64,000 bases of DNA from Candidatus Omnitrophota bacterium (lineage in GTDB: Bacteria > Omnitrophota > Gorgyraeia > S143-82), in assembly GCA_015494465.1 (NCBI GenBank), contig WGBD01000008.1:3485-67484 (forward strand), written 5' to 3'. The notes beneath the pieces were generated by a model. The model did no database searches, had not been told where the DNA came from, and was given only the letters and a program-made list of their open reading frames with translations. Each line of letters begins with the position of its first letter. Position 1 is the first letter of the stretch. This document shows positions 1-7,287 of the stretch, in pieces. The position numbers were made by a program, and so were the translations under genes.

Positions 1-818
1 AGACGCCTCTTGGCCTCCTCTAAGGCCTTCTCTGCGGACTCCAGGTCCCCTTTTCGCAATAGGCACCAGGCCTTCGCCTGCAGGGCATACCCACCCAGAT
101 CCGAGTCCTTGTACATCAAGGCCACCTTGTCAAAGTAGGTGATGGCGGTGTCGTAATCGCCCAAGAAGTAGTGGGCCTTACCGAGGTAAAAGTAGGCGCT
201 GGAGAGGTACTCGCTCTCTGGGAAGTCGTAGATAAACTTCTCGAAGAGTTCCTTGGCCCTCTGGTAGTCCTTCCGTTGGTAATAAATCTTGGCCTCTTCG
301 AATCTGGCCACCTGGCGGACCGCCCTGTCCTTGGCGTCCCTGTACTTCTGCACCCACTTCAATGCCTCCTCGTCCTTGCCCTGCTCCAACGACACATCTA
401 CCAGCAAGGCAACGGCCCGTCTCGTACCTTCCGGGCCGAACGATAGGAGCTCTTTGGCCTTTTCCAGGGCGGCATCGTAATCCCCTATGGATTGATAGAG
501 CTGAGCGAGGGCCTCCTTGACCTCTATCCGTGTCTCGGGAGACACATCGGAGGCAGAATCCAGTTCCAAGAGCAGGGTCAAGGCGGACTTGTACTTCTTC
601 TGGGCCATGTACACCTTGGCCAAGAGGAGCTTTGCAGGGATCTCCTCCACGAAGGAGCTCTGGACGATCTTTTTGAGCATGGACTCTGCCACATCGTAAA
701 AGCCATCCGCATAGGCCCTGCGAGCGATCTCCAGATCCGAGGACTGGCCGTAGCCAGCAGGGATAAAAAGGGACAAAGATAGTCCCATCAAGATGAGGGC
801 CTTACCGATCCTTTTCAC
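1..818 (-). CDS. Exported tetratricopeptide-repeat protein (3' end runs off the window)
   Basis: Not in the ORF track; translated by hand from GTG at 818: MKRIGKALILMGLSLSLFIPAGYG (signal peptide), then TPR-like helices such as ARFEEAKIYYQRKDYQRAKELFEKFIYDFPESEYLSSAYFYLGKAHYFLGDYDTAITYF. Confidence 0.8.
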   Translation of the reverse strand, partial: MKRIGKALILMGLSLSLFIPAGYGQSSDLEIARRAYADGFYDVAESMLKKIVQSSFVEEIPAKLLLAKVYMAQKKYKSALTLLLELDSASDVSPETRIEVKEALAQLYQSIGDYDAALEKAKELLSFGPEGTRRAVALLVDVSLEQGKDEEALKWVQKYRDAKDRAVRQVARFEEAKIYYQRKDYQRAKELFEKFIYDFPESEYLSSAYFYLGKAHYFLGDYDTAITYFDKVALMYKDSDLGGYALQAKAWCLLRKGDLESAEKALEEAKRR

Positions 819-2292
819 CGAACACCTCAGACTCGGAGAAGACCTCTGCAGTGAAGGAGTAGAGCTCCGCCCCCTTCCAGCCGTCAGGAGGCAGGCCCGC
901 CTTCATGGCCAGATGCTGGAGGAAGGTCACCTTGTCCCAGCCGTACTCTACCGGCACCTGGGGCAGGAGCAATCCGGAATAGAAACCCTTGCGCAGAAGA
1001 AGACCGTGTTTGCCTACCTTTATCTCGTCTATGCTCTCCACCTTCTTGAGCGGGCTCAACACGGAGATCTCTATCTCCACCTCAGGCAGTTCCTCTAACT
1101 TCAAGGCCGGGAATCGGGGATCGCCCACTGCAGCCTGAACCGCCATCTCCGCAACCACCTCACACAAGGGCATGTCGGCAATTATGTGGCCTATGCATCC
1201 CCGCAGCATGCCGTGCTTCTTCAAGGTCACGAAGGCCCCTTTCTCCTTGTAAAGGGCCGGATCGTCTATCTCTAAGTCCTTCAACCTCTGACCAGTGCGC
1301 AGGTAGTGCTCTATACTGCGCCGAGCCAGCCTCAACAGCTTTGCCTTCTGCTCCCGGGTAAACATAGACACCTCCTCGTCTTTTTCTATTATAACCGCTG
1401 ACATGTATCCCACAACCCTGCTTTTGTCCCCGTAAGTGTCCCCGGAATTTGCGTAACGCAGTAATCGAAACTCCACATCCCCCCAGTTTCTGGCGTAGGC
1501 CAAGGCAAAGGCGGTGGGGACCCAACCGCACATCTGATAAATTCCACTGCGCGCCCCCCGGAAGAAGGCGCGAAAGTTCAACTTTCTCAAGGCATCTATC
1601 GTACCCCAGTCTATCCTCACCGCCTCCTGGTAGGGGTGATAATGGGACATGTCGGTGCTGACCAGGAGCAATGCATCCTTTCCGTTTGACCGGAGGCCCT
1701 TTATCAGTTCAAACACCTCTTTTGCGGATCGCTCCAGCTCATCTGCAGACATCTCTCCAAACAGCAACAACACGACCTTGGCCTGAGGCCGGGTGATCTT
1801 TACGAACGGGAGCTGTACCTCCAGACAATGCTCCCTATTGAAAACTCGGTTATCGATCTCTGCGACTTCCACCTTCTGGGCTATCAATCGGGTCAACTCC
1901 CGGTCAAGCCTTACCTCGCCAAGCGGGATCTTATAGACCTCCTCGTCGAGTAGACGAATCCCCCGGAAGGGATAGAAGTGGGAAGGCCCTGCGATCAGGA
2001 AGACATCGACCTTTCTCCTGGACAATAACTTATAGGTATATCCGGCTACACTGCCGGAAAAGATGTACCCCGCGTGGGGGGCAAAGGCAACGATCACCTT
2101 ATCCGGGGAGATGCCCTCGGGAAGACGAGCAGATTCGAGGAACGAGGAGACCTGTTCTTTAAGGGCGTCCGCCCGGGCGGGGTAAAACTGCCCTGCGACA
2201 TTTGGCTCCTTGGCCAATGCCAAAGAAAAAAGGGACAGCAATACCCCACCGACGAGAGGTCCAGCGATCAGTCTCTTTCCACTCCCACCCAT
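802..2292 (-). CDS. amrB: AmmeMemoRadiSam protein B (MEMO1) fused to protein A (AMMECR1), with N-terminal hydrophobic segment
   Basis: MEMO motifs VAGQFYP, APHAGYIFSG, GPSH, EHCLEVQLPF, STDMSHY, YANSGD, VVGY; AMMECR1 motifs GAFVTL, LRGCIG, DPRF, EISVLSP, GLLLPQV. Confidence 0.9.
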   Translation of the reverse strand: MGGSGKRLIAGPLVGGVLLSLFSLALAKEPNVAGQFYPARADALKEQVSSFLESARLPEGISPDKVIVAFAPHAGYIFSGSVAGYTYKLLSRRKVDVFLIAGPSHFYPFRGIRLLDEEVYKIPLGEVRLDRELTRLIAQKVEVAEIDNRVFNREHCLEVQLPFVKITRPQAKVVLLLFGEMSADELERSAKEVFELIKGLRSNGKDALLLVSTDMSHYHPYQEAVRIDWGTIDALRKLNFRAFFRGARSGIYQMCGWVPTAFALAYARNWGDVEFRLLRYANSGDTYGDKSRVVGYMSAVIIEKDEEVSMFTREQKAKLLRLARRSIEHYLRTGQRLKDLEIDDPALYKEKGAFVTLKKHGMLRGCIGHIIADMPLCEVVAEMAVQAAVGDPRFPALKLEELPEVEIEISVLSPLKKVESIDEIKVGKHGLLLRKGFYSGLLLPQVPVEYGWDKVTFLQHLAMKAGLPPDGWKGAELYSFTAEVFSESEVFGEKDR

Positions 2293-5165
2293 AACCTCGC
2301 CTCCCCTTCTACCCTGTTTCCTCTCAGGCTTTGGGCCACTACTACCACCGTATAGCTCGAAGAATTCACGCTCAGGTACTTCCAGGACCTCTCTAGGGCC
2401 TGATCGTCCATGTGCTCGACTGCCTCACCCAGCCCTAAGAAACCTGAGAATGGGCGGGCGCTCAACAGGGAATTGATCTGTGACCTATCCAATCCGGTGG
2501 CCAACAGTGAGACATCGCTTGCGGTGTTGAGGTTGAGCTTGCAGGGGCAGTGGTACCTAGGGCTGATGTGTATCCCGTAGAGGTGAACCCCTGGAGTGGC
2601 AGACCTTAACCGCATCCTCAACCCCTCCTTGCCTATCTCCATCCAGTTGAGGCTCAGGTATCCCGACTCGTCGCTCCAGAGGGCAGGAGAAAACTCCTCC
2701 CAACCCTGACCCGGACGGTACATCGACAAGGACACCGCCTCCCTCGGGCCAAGCTCCAAGACCAGGTGATAGTATCCAGGGTGCCAATTGGGTCTGGATA
2801 TCCGCAACTCCACCACCTCGTTCTCGCCCCCTGCGACCAACCACCCATTGACCGCCTTCCACCCTGAGACCTGGGCAGAAGCCGGGCTGATGTCGATGTC
2901 GTCCAAGACCAGGCGGGCACACAACCTGGCTATGTCCGACTTGGAGAGGTAGCCTCCCTCCCCATTGGGCACGGACATCAACTCAGCCAAACTCTTAAGG
3001 GGACGATTCAAAAAAATCCCTTCGGGTTGCTCTGCCCAGGCGGGGCTGGGAGAAGAGGCCTTGGGCCAGGCGTCGAAGTTCCCGTTGGCATTGTTGTCGG
3101 TCTCGTCTAAGAGGTTGGTGCGGTGGAGGCTAAGGAAGGCACCTGCCTCCGTCAGATCCACCCCGTCCACCACGAAACCGTTCTCGTCCCTAAGTTCCAG
3201 CGCACCAGCGGAGGGGATCACATCCAGCCCTGGGGACATGTTCACCGAGAAGTCTAGAGGAACGATGCTGGATCGACGCAGATCCGGGAAAGAGCTGGCA
3301 AGGGAGATCCCATTTCTCGCAACGCCGGAGAGCAGGTCAAAACCGTCCACCGCCAGAACCACGCAGGCCCTAGCTGGCAACTTCGTCCCCATGGGGACGA
3401 AGGCAGGCAGTACACTGCTCCCGGGGACCTTTATCGACCATCCTCCTATCTCCACACTCTTATCCGAGAGGTTGCATATCTCCACATACTCGGCATCGGG
3501 CTCCTGGGAGAGGACGATACCGTAGAAGTAACAACTCGTGCCCTCCGTCTCGTTGTTCTGGATCTTTATCCTAAGCGTGCCATCGCTGATGCGGACGGGG
3601 GTATCTAACCAGGTCCCGCTCCTGCAGTGCCTTTTCGAGGTCCAAAAGACATTTACATCACCGACCATCGCATTCTCTCCTGGCCCGAGGACCTGAACAT
3701 AGTAGGTCCCCTTCGGCAGTCCGGTGAACTCCCAGATCCCCTCTCCCTTCTCTCCCCCCCCTGCCACCGCATTTACGAACCCCTCTCCCGAAGGGACCCA
3801 ATCCCCAGTCTCGACGAGGATAGCGGACTTTACCGAGAACTTTTTCTTCGGGGAGGCGTAGACCTCGCTTATCCTCACCGCCTCGATCCCAGTGATCTTC
3901 TTGTTTCCCACCAGACCCTTCTGGACCGGCACCAACTCCACATAAGAAAATCTCGCAACCGACCTGCCCGAGTCCCTGCGAAACCGCAACTTCAGGGACA
4001 GCTTGCCGTCGCTGTCTACATAAACGGTCCTTCCCGCCAGACCGGTCCCAGAGACCACATCCTCCTGTTCCACGCCGTTTATCTGCACATCCCCCACATA
4101 GTCTCCCGGGGCGTGCCCGTAGAAGTAACAGTAGTAACTGCCTTTGGGGACATTATCCCACTCCCAGCCCTGCCAGGTCCCGGTTGGACGCCTGTTCTCC
4201 ATGTAGTTACCCACCATCGACCAGTCTGGGGCCTCTTCCGAGACATAAGGACGATAGGCGTAACTATTAGTGAAGACCTCCGAGCGGGCAAAGTCCGCAT
4301 CGGAGAAGTCCCGCAGGTTTACTGCCTTCTGCCAAGGGCTGGCGAGGCCTACCTTCATCATCTCACTAACCAACTCCACCACCGGAAGGTAGTTCAGGCC
4401 CACCTTGGGCAGGCCGTGGCCGTCCAGTTCCGAGGATGCAGAAAAGGTAGAGAAAAACCGCATCAATACCTGCATCTCCTGAGCAGAGATCGACTCCCCC
4501 AGAGCCAATCGGAGATCTTCCAAGGAGGAAAGCCTGCGATCGTCTCCGTATCCGTACTCTCCCGGATCGTCTATTCCCTCTCCTAGCTCGTCGACCTGTC
4601 CGTCGCGATCGTCGTCGAGGTGGTTCCTCTCCAAGAAGTAGGTGTCGTAGTCGTCGTCCCTGCCTGCTACCCCCCAACCACCGTCTGGCCCTTTTAGGTA
4701 GCTCAATATCTTCTCACAAGCCAAACCAAAACTCTTAGGTAATCTTCGAGAGCTCACCAGATACTCGAACACCCGGCAGGAATCAAGGAGAGGGCAGTTC
4801 AAATTGGTCTTGCCGGTCTCGTCCACCACCTTGACCGCAAATCTGAGATCGTCGTCAACATATATCCAACGGGCATCGTTTTCTCCGTCCCCATCCACAT
4901 CTACATCTGCCCCCCTGAAAACTAGGTCCGTCAGGTCCTTGCGGTCACCGTCTATCCCCGGGGTCTCGTCTGCCCGCAAGAGCTCGGTCGCGTACACGAC
5001 TGCGGACTCCGCCAGGTACCTGGCCCGTACGGTGGCCATGAAGTGCCGGGCCTTGAGGGATTCGTAGCGCATCCCGAAGAGGTAAGCCAGGGCTACGAGA
5101 AGGCCGATCCCGACGATGGAGATAACGGTTATGACCGCTACCCCATCTCGGCGAACCAGGCTCAA
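2268..5165 (-). CDS. GspK/PilX-like minor (pseudo)pilin with lamin-tail domain, repeated beta-sandwich modules and a helix-hairpin-helix C-terminus
   Basis: Likely TTG start at 5165 overlapping the upstream stop (ORF track starts at 5189); RRDG|VAVITV class III-like leader with a hydrophobic helix, ARYLAESAV, DETGKTNLN, ISEVYASP...AEYVEICN (lamin-tail), KLNLNTAS. Confidence 0.65.
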   Translation of the reverse strand: MSLVRRDGVAVITVISIVGIGLLVALAYLFGMRYESLKARHFMATVRARYLAESAVVYATELLRADETPGIDGDRKDLTDLVFRGADVDVDGDGENDARWIYVDDDLRFAVKVVDETGKTNLNCPLLDSCRVFEYLVSSRRLPKSFGLACEKILSYLKGPDGGWGVAGRDDDYDTYFLERNHLDDDRDGQVDELGEGIDDPGEYGYGDDRRLSSLEDLRLALGESISAQEMQVLMRFFSTFSASSELDGHGLPKVGLNYLPVVELVSEMMKVGLASPWQKAVNLRDFSDADFARSEVFTNSYAYRPYVSEEAPDWSMVGNYMENRRPTGTWQGWEWDNVPKGSYYCYFYGHAPGDYVGDVQINGVEQEDVVSGTGLAGRTVYVDSDGKLSLKLRFRRDSGRSVARFSYVELVPVQKGLVGNKKITGIEAVRISEVYASPKKKFSVKSAILVETGDWVPSGEGFVNAVAGGGEKGEGIWEFTGLPKGTYYVQVLGPGENAMVGDVNVFWTSKRHCRSGTWLDTPVRISDGTLRIKIQNNETEGTSCYFYGIVLSQEPDAEYVEICNLSDKSVEIGGWSIKVPGSSVLPAFVPMGTKLPARACVVLAVDGFDLLSGVARNGISLASSFPDLRRSSIVPLDFSVNMSPGLDVIPSAGALELRDENGFVVDGVDLTEAGAFLSLHRTNLLDETDNNANGNFDAWPKASSPSPAWAEQPEGIFLNRPLKSLAELMSVPNGEGGYLSKSDIARLCARLVLDDIDISPASAQVSGWKAVNGWLVAGGENEVVELRISRPNWHPGYYHLVLELGPREAVSLSMYRPGQGWEEFSPALWSDESGYLSLNWMEIGKEGLRMRLRSATPGVHLYGIHISPRYHCPCKLNLNTASDVSLLATGLDRSQINSLLSARPFSGFLGLGEAVEHMDDQALERSWKYLSVNSSSYTVVVVAQSLRGNRVEGEARLWVGVERD

Positions 5166-5866
5166 CCTGTGGTGCGGAAAAGGACCCAATCCCCCTCCTG
5201 GACCTCGTAATCTTTGCCTTCCAACCTCAACTTACCCATCTGCCTCACCGCAGACATGCTCCCCAACTCCGCCAGGACATCGTAAGGAACCACCTCCGCC
5301 CGCACGAATCCCCTAGCGATCTCGGTGTGGATTATGCCCGCACACTCTACCGCAGTCTGACCTATGCGGAACAGCCAGGCCCGGGAATCCTTTGGACCGG
5401 CGGTGAAGAACACCGCCCTGCCAAAGGTGTGCCACCACCTCTCCGGAAGGGCAGACATGTCTGAGTCATCGGGCAGGAAGATCGTCGGCAAGACCGTGAC
5501 CAAGGGATATTCTTTCAGCCTCTTTAGCTCCTCTTCGTCCAGTTCCCCCTCGGAATAGGCGGACCAAAGGAAGCGTTCTCCCTCCAAGATCTGCATGGCC
5601 TTGGCAAATAGCTCCCGGTCCTTAAACTCCCCCCCGGATAGCTTTCTGTCTATAAAGTCCATGTCGTTTACGATTAGGCTGAGCTTTTCGCCCTCCGAGC
5701 ACATTATCCCCTCGCAATCGGAGATCCTATCCGGCCCTAGGAAGAACAGGCTTGCGGGGACGATCTCCTTGGACTTGAATATCCCCTGCAAGACCTTCAA
5801 TCTCGGATCCGGGATCTTCACCTTGTTTCTAGGGAAGTTCTCCAAACCTACGACAGCTATGTTCAT
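5162..5866 (-). CDS. Shortened YchF-like (DUF933/TGS) protein lacking the P-loop
   Basis: YchF-like C-terminus FFTAGPKDSRAW, AGIIHTEIARGFVRAEV, GKLRLEGKDYEVQEGD; N-terminal PDPRL present but no GxxxxGKS. Confidence 0.8.
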   Translation of the reverse strand: MNIAVVGLENFPRNKVKIPDPRLKVLQGIFKSKEIVPASLFFLGPDRISDCEGIMCSEGEKLSLIVNDMDFIDRKLSGGEFKDRELFAKAMQILEGERFLWSAYSEGELDEEELKRLKEYPLVTVLPTIFLPDDSDMSALPERWWHTFGRAVFFTAGPKDSRAWLFRIGQTAVECAGIIHTEIARGFVRAEVVPYDVLAELGSMSAVRQMGKLRLEGKDYEVQEGDWVLFRTTG

Positions 5867-5957
5867 GAGACATCCTCCATTGACGAGAAAAGGGCGTTAC
5901 AGTCTCAGGAATCCGCTCCCTAAATTATACCTGAAAAAGCGCACCCGCGCACCAGCG

Positions 5958-5986
5958 TTGCTGTGAGGGAACAAAATTGATATTAT
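5958..5986 (+). promoter_or_regulatory. Putative sigma70 promoter of the flippase gene
   Basis: TTGCTG (5958-5963), 17-nt spacer ending in TGA (extended -10), TATTAT (5981-5986); SD AAGAGGAG before ATG 6021. Confidence 0.55.
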
Positions 5987-6020
5987 GGTAAACTGGCGCA
6001 TCCTTAAAGAGGAGTCGATA

Positions 6021-7286
6021 ATGGGATCCCTGGAGGAACTGAAACGGCCCGTGATCCACGGCCTCATCTACACGGTAGCCACCGGCGTATCAGGGGTGGT
6101 GGGGCTGATCGTGTTCCCGATATTGGCCCACCTCCTTCCGGTAGCGGACATAGGAAAGTACGACTTCTTCCTCTTTCTCCTCTTTAGCGGTGTTCCCATA
6201 GCGAGCTTGGGGTTCGAATACGGGATAGGGGCCTTTGCCCACGAGCTGGCGACGGAAGACATCAATGCGGTGCTAAGACCGGTCCTCGCGATCTCTTTGC
6301 TGGTGGCCATGCTGGAGAGCGGGATACTGCTGGCCCTGAAGATAAGCGGGGTCTTCCAGAGCTTTTCCTACTTTCAGATAGGGCTGTTCGCGGTATCTCT
6401 GGCCTCCCTGGCCTTCACCTACATATTCAAGTCCATCTTGGTCTGGAAACAGCACCCGATCCGGGCCAGCGTAGTGATGCGGGGGGAATGGCTCCTGGCA
6501 TCTGGCCTTGGGCTGGTGTGCGTGCTAATTTGTGGATTGTCCATCACCAACTACCTCGTAGGGTTCAGCCTCGCCTTCGTGATCACCGTATTCCTCGCCC
6601 TGGCCATGTGGCCGTTTAAGGCAGAGTCCTCAAGGCCGGTTTCCGTTGGCCCCTTGATAAATCGGATAATACCGGTTGCCATCCCTTACGGAATAACCAC
6701 CGCCACCTGGATGATATCCCTGGGGGTAGAGAAGGCCCTCATACTGAAAGAGCTCGGGCCCGCCGAGCTGGGCATATACGCCCTGGCCCACAAGATAGGT
6801 AGTATCCCTCAACTGTTGGCTACCAACTTCTTGTTGGGGTTCCTCCCCGAGCTGGTGAAGCCCAAGCGCAACCACCTACTCTACAGGGCCTTGGTCTGGA
6901 CATACCTCGCCTACAGCCTAATCCTGCTGGGAGCGGTGAGCTGGTTATCAAGGCCAATTGTGCTCATCTTCGGCGGAGAAAGGTACCTGCCCTCCGCCCA
7001 GCTCCTGCCTTGGACTACCCTTGCAGGACTGCTCGCCTTGATCCCCATCTCCATAAATCCGATTCTCCTCAAGAGGAAAAACACCACTCCCGTCCTCCTC
7101 ACCGGCACGGTGTCTTCCATCGTCACCGTGGCCCTGGGACACATCCTCATCAAAACCAGCGGACTACTCGGGGCAACCATGGCAGTTATAATAGCCAGGC
7201 TGATAGGTATAGGGATACTGGGGGCGATCGTTTACCGCTGGGTGGCCCACGATCGATGGAGAAGCGGGAGAGCTGGTACCGCCTAG
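6021..7286 (+). CDS. Wzx-like oligosaccharide flippase (polysaccharide biosynthesis/MOP superfamily)
   Basis: About 12 hydrophobic segments; FPILAHLLPVADIGKY, LGPAELGIYALAHKIG, GLLGATMA typical of Wzx; start placed at 6021 by SD and promoter (ORF track 5985). Confidence 0.8.
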   Translation: MGSLEELKRPVIHGLIYTVATGVSGVVGLIVFPILAHLLPVADIGKYDFFLFLLFSGVPIASLGFEYGIGAFAHELATEDINAVLRPVLAISLLVAMLESGILLALKISGVFQSFSYFQIGLFAVSLASLAFTYIFKSILVWKQHPIRASVVMRGEWLLASGLGLVCVLICGLSITNYLVGFSLAFVITVFLALAMWPFKAESSRPVSVGPLINRIIPVAIPYGITTATWMISLGVEKALILKELGPAELGIYALAHKIGSIPQLLATNFLLGFLPELVKPKRNHLLYRALVWTYLAYSLILLGAVSWLSRPIVLIFGGERYLPSAQLLPWTTLAGLLALIPISINPILLKRKNTTPVLLTGTVSSIVTVALGHILIKTSGLLGATMAVIIARLIGIGILGAIVYRWVAHDRWRSGRAGTA

Positions 7287-7287
7287 C

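Noticed and set aside
6200-6225. GGTTCGAAT T-loop-like sequence
   Set aside because: Lies inside the flippase CDS with no cloverleaf; not a tRNA
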